Assembly: GCA_009835735.1 (NCBI GenBank)
Contig: VXWX01000019.1
Location: 979-64,978, forward strand
DNA from: Acidimicrobiaceae bacterium
GTDB lineage: Bacteria > Actinomycetota > Acidimicrobiia > Acidimicrobiales > Aldehydirespiratoraceae
Direction: 5' to 3'
DNA: 64,000 bases
Position 1 is the first letter of the stretch, and each line of letters begins with the position of its first letter. The notes beneath the pieces are model-generated. The model saw only the letters and a program-made list of their open reading frames with translations. It had not been told where the DNA came from and ran no database searches. Of the stretch, positions 47,330-54,814 are shown in pieces. Made by a program: the position numbers and the translations under genes.

Positions 47330-48496
47330 TCATACCTCACTTCCATGCTCATGTGGTGCACGCTGGCGCTCGGCTTGAGAAAGCCGCCGGTAGGTTCGGT
47401 GCAAGTAGCCGGTGAGTAGATTGATGTCTTTAGGGGTGTTCTGAAGTTCGTTCCATCGCCTCCGGGAGTCGGGGTCGAATTGCCAGTACCCGCCAGTCCA
47501 CGCACACTCGTCTCGCAGGAGTTCAAGTTCTGCTACGTAGTCAGGCTCGTCCGGCAACATCCCCCGAGCGATGTACTCGTCGGTGATCGCATCCATGAGG
47601 TAGCCCAAGCTCGCGATTCCAACCCCGTGCATTAACCGGGATCGACGAGGCGGCAGACCCCATGCTTCCTCGAAGACCGTCTGAACTGCTTGCCAGAACG
47701 GCTTCAGAACCAAGAGCATCTCTTCGATATCGCCGCTGCCTGTATCGGGATCGCGGTAGTGGTAGAGGCAGCCGTTGGTCAAGCTGTTCTCAACCATGCG
47801 GAGGATGGAGTTCCCCTTGACCACACCGTCCGGGGAGGTGGGTGTCTGAATCAGTTGGTAGAACGGTGAGTCGTCGTCAAAGTTCAGCCGCTCGACCACG
47901 AAGGATGGGAAGCGCTTGCGCATCAGTGCAGGTGGGAGCGGGCCGTCGGTGGACGGCAAGAGTTCGTAGACCAGACCCTTAGGAAGTGGTTTCGTCGAGT
48001 TCACGAGGATGAACTGAGCCCGTTGCTCGCCTGCGCTAGCTGTGATGAACGCGGTGATGCACAGCGGGAAGGAGTCCACCTCCGCCTCTCGGACGGCGGC
48101 ACACCTTTGCTGGCCGTCGACGACCCAGCCCGGCTTGTCTTCGTCCGGCAGATCTTCGTCCACGGGGACGATCAGCGTGCCCGGTGTCACATAACCATTG
48201 TCCATGGTGACGGCTTCCGACGGCTCGAAACGAACTCGAGTGTCGAATGCGACGACGATCGCGTTGGGGATCATGGGCGAAGCCGTCTCGATGTAGGAAC
48301 GGATCGCGGCAACGTGGGCTAGCACCTCCGGCCTCTGGTAGCCCGCGATCTGCCGCTCGTCACGCCGGACGCGGCTCACCGTGGTGAACTTCGGCAATTC
48401 CTTGCCGTCTACAGCGAACGTATAAAGCTGCCGATCACTGCCCTGCCGCACTTCAAGTGCAGGAAATCTCAGTTCATATGTTGAAGTTCTGCCCAT
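47330..48496 (-). CDS. dpdB: DGQHR-domain (DndB/ParB-like) protein DpdB
   Basis: 388 aa. The N-terminus is ...LYTFAVDGKELPKFTTVSRVRRDE..IAGYQRPEV..HVAAIRSYIE. The motif VVDGQQRCAAV is a DGQHR variant, followed by FILVNSTKPLPKGLVYEL. It lies immediately downstream of the TGT-like gene. Confidence 0.88.
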   Translation of the reverse strand: MGRTSTYELRFPALEVRQGSDRQLYTFAVDGKELPKFTTVSRVRRDERQIAGYQRPEVLAHVAAIRSYIETASPMIPNAIVVAFDTRVRFEPSEAVTMDNGYVTPGTLIVPVDEDLPDEDKPGWVVDGQQRCAAVREAEVDSFPLCITAFITASAGEQRAQFILVNSTKPLPKGLVYELLPSTDGPLPPALMRKRFPSFVVERLNFDDDSPFYQLIQTPTSPDGVVKGNSILRMVENSLTNGCLYHYRDPDTGSGDIEEMLLVLKPFWQAVQTVFEEAWGLPPRRSRLMHGVGIASLGYLMDAITDEYIARGMLPDEPDYVAELELLRDECAWTGGYWQFDPDSRRRWNELQNTPKDINLLTGYLHRTYRRLSQAERQRAPHEHGSEV

Positions 48497-48504
48497 GGTG
48501 CCGA

Positions 48505-49752
48505 CTAGTTCCTCGAGTCAGTCCGATCAAGTTCCCGGCGCAGTCTCTTTGAGAACACCGCGAGATTGTGGAATCCTCGTCTCCGGTTGCGGTCGGCCCC
48601 TCGAAATATGATCACCTCGACCCCAATCTCCCGGCAGACCGTACAACGACACCGCTTCCACGGCATGGCCTCGAGCGTTCGTCGGTACTCAACGGTCCGA
48701 TCCTTCTTCGTCCCGAGCAGTTCCGCGTACTCGCAGATCGCATCGAGGACAGTCTCCACGCCAGCATCACCCTTGTCGTAGTTGCGCAGCCGACCGAGAC
48801 ACTCGCGTTCGAGCCGCCGAGCCGACTTCTGGTCGACTAGGCCCGCAGTCACTTGCCTGCGCAACCTGGTGTTGCCATCTACTTGAGGGATGCGAAGGGC
48901 TACGAAACTGGCATCGAGCGTGTAGTAGTTGTCCTTTTCGTCCTTGAAGGCTTGGCGGAAGGGTGACGTGCTGTCGAAGCTCGTCACACCGAAACCCGCG
49001 AAGTCCGGTATGTGCGCCGTGCGGGTGACGCCCAGAAGGTGCAGTTGCGCCGCAGGATCCAGAGCGACCGAGACCTCTTTGAGCGCATCGAGGATGTCGG
49101 GGGTCCTTAGCGGCACCATCCCTCCGAGTGCAATCCGGTGATAGCCAATCCTCTGCAGTTGCGTCACTGCTCTCGCGTAGGACAGCGGGCTCCAGCCGTG
49201 CGCCACTGCCATGGGCTCGAACCGGCACCTGCGAGCCCGGTGCAAACGAAGAAACTCCGCTGCCAGTTCGATCGTGAGAGCCTGACGGAACCGCCACTCC
49301 TCCGGGACGTCGTTGGTGCCTTTCGTGTCCAACTCTGCGTCGTAGCCGAAGATCAGATGGTCCATCGCGATTCCTAGGTCCAAACCGGACTCTTCGTAGA
49401 AGTCCAAGACCTCCCCGACGCTGTACACGGGCTCATGCTCGCGCACGTAGGTGAACGCCCCGCAGTCACCCATGATCTTGAGGCCTTCGTCTCCCTGACC
49501 GAGCCGGAAGAAGCGCTTGGCGCCTTCCCGGTAAAGGCGGTTGCGCTGCGCCTCGGTGTACTTGGCCCCCGCTCCTGGAAGGCCGTCCACGATGGGCTTG
49601 GAGATCAGCAGTCCGTCGTAGGGCGGCGGGTTGATGACCTCGTGGGCATAACGATCATCCCTCTGGCGAACGCGATGAATCGATCGCTGCTCCGTGATGA
49701 AGTCGAAGCTCGGGTCTACCTGATCTTGGCTGTCGGGAAAGTAGAACTGCAT
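48505..49752 (-). CDS. dpdA: TGT-like DNA-guanine transglycosylase DpdA
   Basis: About 415 aa starting MQFYFPDSQD. It has a TIM-barrel TGT-like core (IMGDCGAFTY, IALGGMVPL, HLLGV) and the TGT zinc motif CRCTVC-x21-H (WKRCRCTVCREIG...RGFHNL). A GTG lies one codon upstream at 49755. Confidence 0.88.
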   Translation of the reverse strand: MQFYFPDSQDQVDPSFDFITEQRSIHRVRQRDDRYAHEVINPPPYDGLLISKPIVDGLPGAGAKYTEAQRNRLYREGAKRFFRLGQGDEGLKIMGDCGAFTYVREHEPVYSVGEVLDFYEESGLDLGIAMDHLIFGYDAELDTKGTNDVPEEWRFRQALTIELAAEFLRLHRARRCRFEPMAVAHGWSPLSYARAVTQLQRIGYHRIALGGMVPLRTPDILDALKEVSVALDPAAQLHLLGVTRTAHIPDFAGFGVTSFDSTSPFRQAFKDEKDNYYTLDASFVALRIPQVDGNTRLRRQVTAGLVDQKSARRLERECLGRLRNYDKGDAGVETVLDAICEYAELLGTKKDRTVEYRRTLEAMPWKRCRCTVCREIGVEVIIFRGADRNRRRGFHNLAVFSKRLRRELDRTDSRN

Positions 49753-49867
49753 CACGCCCGCCCGACGCTGAAGCAGACGCGGAAGAAGAGGTTCGCTACC
49801 GGGCGCTGGTTGCGGGCAGCATTCGTGCGGGCGACCCTCCGCAGCGAGAGGTCGTCCGACAGGATCT

Positions 49868-50815
49868 TCACGTCACTATTTCCCGGGCATGGTCGAAGAG
49901 CCTGCCGAATCGGGCCTGCTCGCAGGCACTGCCCTCGTCCCGGAAGCGCTGGAGTGCCGCCGTCTTGTTCCCGTTCGGGACCTCCGCCAAGTGATCGAGG
50001 ATCCACTCCAAGATCATGTCATCGCATTGTCGTCGCCGGGCAAAGAAAGGAAGTGCGCCAGTTGTTGCCGCCAGTTTGCCCACGATGCTGCGAGCTCTAT
50101 CGGCATCGGGAGGTGAGGTGCCGAGTTCTGCGAGCACAGCCATGGCAGCGCGGGGACTGGTCGAGGACAGCGAACCGCCAAGCGTGAGCCTCAGACTTCC
50201 GGGCACCGTGACCCAACATCTCTCGAGGCCAGCCGGAGCCGTACCGGAAGCGAAGACCATCACCCGTTCCGGATCGCTGAGACTCTCGACAAGAGTTGCC
50301 AAGTCCTTGGCCACCGCATCCAGGTAGCTTCGTCCGATGCAGACCATCACACTCGCGTTCGGTCCGTGCTCCGCGAGGTCGACAAGACGACTGGGACGAT
50401 GGTGACCAAGAATCCCGGCGCGTGTCAACCCGTCCCACCACTGCTGGCGCACTTGGCTTTGTGCCGCTGAGCCGGAGGCTGCGAGCACGGAATCGGGGTG
50501 GCGAGGAGCAAGAGTGGCGCTGTACATGGGCACTTCGTCGTCAATTCCGACTAGGCCAAGTCCGGCTGACACCACGGAGACCTTGATCTGCCCAGCCAAC
50601 TGGGCGCGGGATGCGAGTTCCATCCCAGTCTGCCAGTACTCCCCGGCGTACAAGTCAACTGCGATGTACCGACGAGGAGCCCTCGAGACGAGCGCTGCCC
50701 ACCGTTCGACTCGGACCGGTACAGGCGCCCGGCCCACACTACGCAGCCGGGGGTATCCCGGCTCCGACGCACGCTTACGAGCAGTGCATGAGAGGACGAC
50801 GTGAAGATCCTGCAT
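49868..50815 (-). CDS. Uncharacterised first gene of the cluster (possible DpdC equivalent)
   Basis: 315 aa with ATG at 50813-50815. The N-terminal pattern LHVVLSCTARKR...AVDLYAGEYW...PMYSATL reminds me of the DUF6884/YaaA-like fold. The C-terminal ~70 aa look helical. The assignment is positional and from memory only. Confidence 0.45.
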   Translation of the reverse strand: MQDLHVVLSCTARKRASEPGYPRLRSVGRAPVPVRVERWAALVSRAPRRYIAVDLYAGEYWQTGMELASRAQLAGQIKVSVVSAGLGLVGIDDEVPMYSATLAPRHPDSVLAASGSAAQSQVRQQWWDGLTRAGILGHHRPSRLVDLAEHGPNASVMVCIGRSYLDAVAKDLATLVESLSDPERVMVFASGTAPAGLERCWVTVPGSLRLTLGGSLSSTSPRAAMAVLAELGTSPPDADRARSIVGKLAATTGALPFFARRRQCDDMILEWILDHLAEVPNGNKTAALQRFRDEGSACEQARFGRLFDHAREIVT

Positions 50816-50937
50816 CTACTGTGGGCGTTTCCCCATTCACTGGTCTGGTCGATAAGGCGGGGGTGGTTCCCGCGGCGTGACGGTAGTTGAGTTCGTGCTG
50901 GCCCGATGTGGAAGTCGGTGTGGCATCTGGTGATGTA

Positions 50938-50985
50938 GCGAGTGAAGCCACTCGCATACCGACCGGCGCGCTGTTGCCCGGTCGG
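50938..50985. promoter_or_regulatory. Two adjacent perfect hairpins in the presumed 5' leader of the dpd operon
   Basis: The first is GCGAGTG-aagc-CACTCGC (50938-50955). The second is CCGACCGG-11 nt-CCGGTCGG (50959-50985). They lie 123-170 nt upstream of the first gene's ATG (50815) on the minus strand. Confidence 0.35.
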
Positions 50986-51096
50986 GGTAGCGGTGCTGGC
51001 GCTTCGGCGTCGGTCGGGGTGTGTCGGTCATCTGGAACAGAATCCATCGAGTCAGTGTAGTTGCCAGTCTCTGATAACTCTAAATCACTAAGTTGA

Positions 51097-51125
51097 TTGA
51101 AACTACAGAAGTTAGATGCTACTAT
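51097..51125 (+). promoter_or_regulatory. Sigma-70-like promoter candidate for the 51209 gene
   Basis: TTGAAA (51097-51102), a 17-nt spacer, then TACTAT (51120-51125). It sits in the most AT-rich patch of the window (51050-51130). Confidence 0.35.
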
Positions 51126-51208
51126 CGTCGCTAGCCCGGCTGCCGGGCGCTATTGGAGCTGTCAACGGCTCCCGCTAGTCGAGATCACGAGTAGACGGGA
51201 GGCCCGGA

Positions 51209-51574
51209 GTGGCGACGACCCAAGCGCAGCGAGCCTCGCTGTTCAACACACTGACGGAACTAATGGGCACAGAAGACGCCGAGACCCTCATGCAGCAACT
51301 GCCTCCGAGCGGTTGGGACAGCATGGCCACCAAGGACGACCTTCGAGTCCTCGAGGCGACGTTCACCGCCGCCCTCGCCGAGTTCAGGGTCGAGGTCACG
51401 ACCGCCCTAGCTGACACCAGGATCGCCGTCACGAACGGCTTCGCCGAGGCGGCCAAGGATCGGGCCGAGATCGTCAAGAGTCAGGCCAGGCACCTCTACA
51501 TCACGGTGTCCACCATCTGCCTGGCCACCATCTCCATCTGGATAGCGCTGCTGGCCGGCCCGGCCGGGGGCTGA
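51209..51574 (+). CDS. Hypothetical coiled-coil protein with C-terminal membrane anchor
   Basis: GTG start with GGGAGG 7 nt upstream. The protein is 121 aa: a helical region (ATKDDLRVLEATFTAALAEFRVEV...) followed by a TM tail (LYITVSTICLATISIWIALLAG). Confidence 0.55.
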   Translation: MATTQAQRASLFNTLTELMGTEDAETLMQQLPPSGWDSMATKDDLRVLEATFTAALAEFRVEVTTALADTRIAVTNGFAEAAKDRAEIVKSQARHLYITVSTICLATISIWIALLAGPAGG

Positions 51575-51590
51575 GAGCCCGACTTGAGCT

Positions 51591-52571
51591 CTAGGGAGCG
51601 AGCAAGCCGATGTTGGAGCGGGCCCGTTCGAGGGTGACGGCCGCGATGGCCCGGGCTTTGTCGGCGCCGATCTGAAGCAGCCGCGACGTCTCGGCCGGGT
51701 CGGCCTCCAGCTCGGCGAAGCGGGTCTGGATTGGCCGCAGCAACTCGACCACCGCGTCGGCGGTGTCGGCCTTGAGCTGCCCGTACATCGTGTAGTCCCC
51801 GGCGGCCTCCTCCGGGGTGCGGCCGGTGGCCGCCCCCAGTATCGACAGCAGGTTCGACACCCCCGGCTTGGCCTTGACGTCGTAGCGGACCTCGGCCTCG
51901 CTGTCGGTGACGGCCGACTTGATCTTGCGGGTGATGACCGACGGGTCGTCGAGGATGTCCACGGTGCCCCGGGGCGAATCCAATGACTTGGACATCTTGT
52001 TGGTCGGGTTCTGCAGGTCCATGACCCTGGCCCCCGCCGCCGGAACCACCGCGGCAGGCAGCTTGAAGGTCTCGCCGTAGCGGGAGTTGAACCGCTCGGC
52101 GATGTCGCGGGTGAGCTCGATGTGCTGGCGCTGATCGTCACCCACCGGCACTTCGTCGGCGTCGTACAGCAGGATGTCGGCCGCCTGGAGCGCGGGGTAG
52201 GTGAACAGCCCGGCCGAGATGAACTGCTGCTGGCCCGACTTGTCCTTGAACTGGGTCATCCGGCTCAGCTCACCGAACGACACCGTGCACTCCAGCAGCC
52301 AGGCACACTCGGTGTGTTCCCTCACATGGCTCTGCACGAAGATCGTGCAGACCTCCGGGTCGAGCCCGGCGGCCATCAGCATCTGCGACATCCGCAGCGT
52401 CGCCCGACCCAGCTCGCCGGGCTCCTGAGGCACGGTCACGGCGTGGAGATCCACCACCGGGTGGAAGGCGTCGGCGGTGTGCTGGATTCTCGCCCAGTTG
52501 CGGATCGCGCCCAGGTAATTTCCCAGGTGCAGATCACCGCTGGGCTGGATGCCGGACAGGACCCTCACCAT
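51591..52571 (-). CDS. trpS: Tryptophan--tRNA ligase
   Basis: Class I HIGH variant SGIQPSGDLHLGNYLGA and KMSKS (NKMSKS) are present. The protein is 326 aa. Confidence 0.93.
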   Translation of the reverse strand: MVRVLSGIQPSGDLHLGNYLGAIRNWARIQHTADAFHPVVDLHAVTVPQEPGELGRATLRMSQMLMAAGLDPEVCTIFVQSHVREHTECAWLLECTVSFGELSRMTQFKDKSGQQQFISAGLFTYPALQAADILLYDADEVPVGDDQRQHIELTRDIAERFNSRYGETFKLPAAVVPAAGARVMDLQNPTNKMSKSLDSPRGTVDILDDPSVITRKIKSAVTDSEAEVRYDVKAKPGVSNLLSILGAATGRTPEEAAGDYTMYGQLKADTADAVVELLRPIQTRFAELEADPAETSRLLQIGADKARAIAAVTLERARSNIGLLAP

Positions 52572-52605
52572 GGCGGGCCAGCGTAGGGGAGTAATCTCGC
52601 GTTCA

Positions 52606-53394
52606 ATGTCCTATGTCGTGTCCACGCCCGCCTACAGCGGGCCGTTCGAGTTGCTTCTGCAACTCATCCTGCGTGAGCAGGTGGAGATCTACGACATTCC
52701 CATCGCCCGAATCACCGACTCCTTCCTGGCCGAGATCGAGCGGATGTCTGATTGCGACCTGGAGGCAGCCACCGAGTTCCTGCTGATGGCCGCAACCCTG
52801 GTCGACATGAAGGTCAAGCGCCTGCTACCCACTGAGGCTGCGGTGGACCTTGATGACGAGTTGGAGGCGATCTCGGAGCGGGATCTGCTGCTGGCCCGCC
52901 TTCTGGAGTGCAACACGTTCCGTGAAGCGTCCCAGAGGCTGCGCCGGCTGTTCGAGGCGGCGGCTCGCAGTCACCCCCGCACAATGGGCATCACCGAGGA
53001 TCGCTGGCTCATGCTGGCGCCGGCCGTGTTGGAGGGAGTGTCTCCCACCGACCTCCGCACCGCCTACCTGCGGGCCGCGGCTCCCCGTGCCGCGCCGCGG
53101 GTCGACACAACCCACATCACGCCGATCTCGCTGACGGTGGGCGACGCAGTGGCCGAACTGATCGGCGAGCTGACCAGTTCGGGACAGGCCACCTTCCGGC
53201 GGCTCACCATCGGCATCGACGATCGTCTGGAACTGGTCGTGCGGTTCCTGGCTGTGCTTGAGCTGGTCAAGCAGGGACTTGCCGACGTCCAGCAGGCGAC
53301 CACGTTCGGAGACATCGTCATCTCGTGGACCGGCGGCGACGATGCCGGTTTGCGCCAGGCCGCGATGGCCGGCGCGGACGCCTACGACGGTTGA
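52606..53394 (+). CDS. scpA: Segregation and condensation protein A
   Basis: ATG 52606 gives MSYVVSTPAYSGPFELLLQLILREQVEIYDIPIARITDSFL, the kleisin ScpA N-terminus. The track start 52549 overlaps trpS. Confidence 0.88.
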   Translation: MSYVVSTPAYSGPFELLLQLILREQVEIYDIPIARITDSFLAEIERMSDCDLEAATEFLLMAATLVDMKVKRLLPTEAAVDLDDELEAISERDLLLARLLECNTFREASQRLRRLFEAAARSHPRTMGITEDRWLMLAPAVLEGVSPTDLRTAYLRAAAPRAAPRVDTTHITPISLTVGDAVAELIGELTSSGQATFRRLTIGIDDRLELVVRFLAVLELVKQGLADVQQATTFGDIVISWTGGDDAGLRQAAMAGADAYDG

Positions 53395-53402
53395 GTCCAC
53401 CG

Positions 53403-54041
53403 GTGACCAGCGCTCAGGACAACGCGACTTCGCCGGACGCCGCGATCGCGGCCGCGCTCGAGGCGGTGCTGCTGCTTGCGGACGAGCCCCTGGCGCCGCA
53501 AGTGCTGGCGGCTGTAGTCCAGACGTCGACGGAGCAGGTGCGCTCCACCTGCGATGCGCTCGCGGCCGAGTACGAGTCACAGGGACGCGGCTTCGTGCTG
53601 GCGCGGGTGGCGGGCGGCTACCGCTACCAGACCGCGCCCAGCCAGGACGTCTACGTGGAGCGGTTCGTGCGGGAGGGCCATGGCGGGCGGCTCTCGGCTG
53701 CCGCACTCGAGACGCTGGCCGTGGTGGCCTACAAGCAGCCGGTTTCCCGCCATCAGGTCGCCGAGATCCGCGGTGTGAACGTGGACGGCGTGATGCGGAC
53801 CTTGAGACGCCGCGGCTACATCGACGAGATCGCTCGTCTCCCGGGACCGGGCCAGGCGGTGCTGTACGGGACGACGTCTCAGTTCCTGGAGCATCTGGGC
53901 CTCGACTCTCTCGACGAGTTGCCCCCGCTCGGCGAGTTCATCCCGGACCCCGATGCGGTCGAAGCCATGGAGCGACGATTGCGGGTGGTGTCCGACACCG
54001 ACGGGCCGGACCCGGACGGAGTCGCCGGCAGCGGCCAGTGA
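53403..54041 (+). CDS. scpB: Segregation and condensation protein B
   Basis: The GTG 53403 start is chosen just after the scpA stop. Motifs LEAVLLLADEPL, GGYRYQT and ETLAVVAYKQPVSR..V..IRGV are ScpB winged-helix motifs. Confidence 0.88.
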   Translation: MTSAQDNATSPDAAIAAALEAVLLLADEPLAPQVLAAVVQTSTEQVRSTCDALAAEYESQGRGFVLARVAGGYRYQTAPSQDVYVERFVREGHGGRLSAAALETLAVVAYKQPVSRHQVAEIRGVNVDGVMRTLRRRGYIDEIARLPGPGQAVLYGTTSQFLEHLGLDSLDELPPLGEFIPDPDAVEAMERRLRVVSDTDGPDPDGVAGSGQ

Positions 54042-54769
54042 CATCGGCCGACGGTGAGCGACTGCAGAAGGTTCTGGCCCGGTGCGGGTTCGGGAGTCGC
54101 CGCGCCTGCGAGTCCCTTATCTCAGATGGACGGGTGCGAGTCGACGGCGCGGTGGCTCGGCTGGGCGCCCGCATCGATGCGTCGCGGGCGGTAGTCGAGG
54201 TCGACGGAGCGGTCGTCGGCGTGCGACCCGACCTCGTCCACTACCTGCTCAACAAGCCGCCCGGGGTCGTGACCACGGCGCACGACCCGCAGGGACGACC
54301 GGTTGTCACCGACCTCGTTCCGGCCGAGCCTCGTGTCTTTCCCGTCGGGCGTCTTGATCTGATGACCGAGGGTCTGCTGTTGCTCACCAACGACGGGGAC
54401 CTCGCCCATCGGCTCGCTCACCCTTCGTTCGGCATCGCCAAGGAGTACCTCGCCCATGTGTCGGGGGAGCCGAAGCCCGCTGCGGTGAGGGCCCTGCGCG
54501 AGGGTGTGGAGCTCGATGACGGGCCGACCGGGCCAGCCAAGGTAGCCCTGGTGGCGCCTGACGTGCTTCGCATCACCGTCCATGAGGGGCGCAATCGGCT
54601 GGTCCGCAGGATGTGCGAGGCGGTGGGCCACCCGGTGCGCCGCCTGGTGCGGACCAGGATCGGTCCCCTCGCCGATCGGCGCTTGGCTCCGGGCTGCTGG
54701 CGGTCGTTGACAACCGCAGAAACCAGGAGCCTTGAGAAGGCCGCGGCCGCACCAACATCACACCGGTAG
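54038..54769 (+). CDS. rluB: Pseudouridine synthase (RluB/RsuA family)
   Basis: GTG 54038 overlaps the scpB stop (GTGA). Present are the S4 domain (ERLQKVLARCGFGSRRACESLISDGRVRVDG) and the catalytic motif GRLDLMTEGLLLLTNDG. The upstream part of track ORF 53258..54769 is an artefact. Confidence 0.88.
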   Translation: MTSADGERLQKVLARCGFGSRRACESLISDGRVRVDGAVARLGARIDASRAVVEVDGAVVGVRPDLVHYLLNKPPGVVTTAHDPQGRPVVTDLVPAEPRVFPVGRLDLMTEGLLLLTNDGDLAHRLAHPSFGIAKEYLAHVSGEPKPAAVRALREGVELDDGPTGPAKVALVAPDVLRITVHEGRNRLVRRMCEAVGHPVRRLVRTRIGPLADRRLAPGCWRSLTTAETRSLEKAAAAPTSHR

Positions 54770-54814
54770 CACGACAGCAGAGAGAGCTGGATCACACCGG
54801 TAGCATCGCCGTTC

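Larger units (their letters stand above)
29850..50815 (-). other. Dpd-type 7-deazaguanine DNA modification/restriction gene cluster (11 co-directional genes) on a lower-GC island
   Basis: See the individual genes below. Hand-counted G+C of 60-nt lines gives 33/60 (30121-30180) and 34/60 (38581-38640) inside, against 39/60 (29761-29820) and 43/60 (52021-52080) outside. Five consecutive 4-nt stop/start overlaps are present. Confidence 0.75.

Noticed and set aside
50775-51047. Small minus-strand ORFs (50775..51047, 50837..51031) upstream of and overlapping the first dpd gene. These were considered as possible regulator or antitoxin-like genes.
   Set aside because: The composition is Pro/Thr/Ala-rich with no RBS or motif. 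One overlaps the dpd start in another frame. The region is better explained as a structured leader.
50816-51060. Searched the dpd leader for a preQ1-riboswitch-like element, which would fit the 7-deazaguanine theme.
   Set aside because: The two hairpins have no A-rich 3' tail or the conserved loop residues I remember for preQ1-I/II. I cannot support such a call by eye. A covariance-model scan (Rfam) would be decisive.
51050-51130. AT-rich patch examined as a possible dif/XerCD site or att core, given the proximity to xerD.
   Set aside because: There is no 11-6-11 imperfect palindrome resembling dif. No matching sequence exists at the left junction (29835-29900) beyond a chance CTAGCC hexamer.
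29850-51130. Looked for an integrase, transposase, flanking tRNA or terminal direct/inverted repeats that would justify calling the island a mobile element.
   Set aside because: None was found in the window. The region is therefore reported as a genomic island or cluster, not as a mobile_element.
52572-52605. Possible T-box or attenuator upstream of trpS.
   Set aside because: Only 34 nt separate the trpS start from the divergent scpA start, which is too short for a T-box leader.
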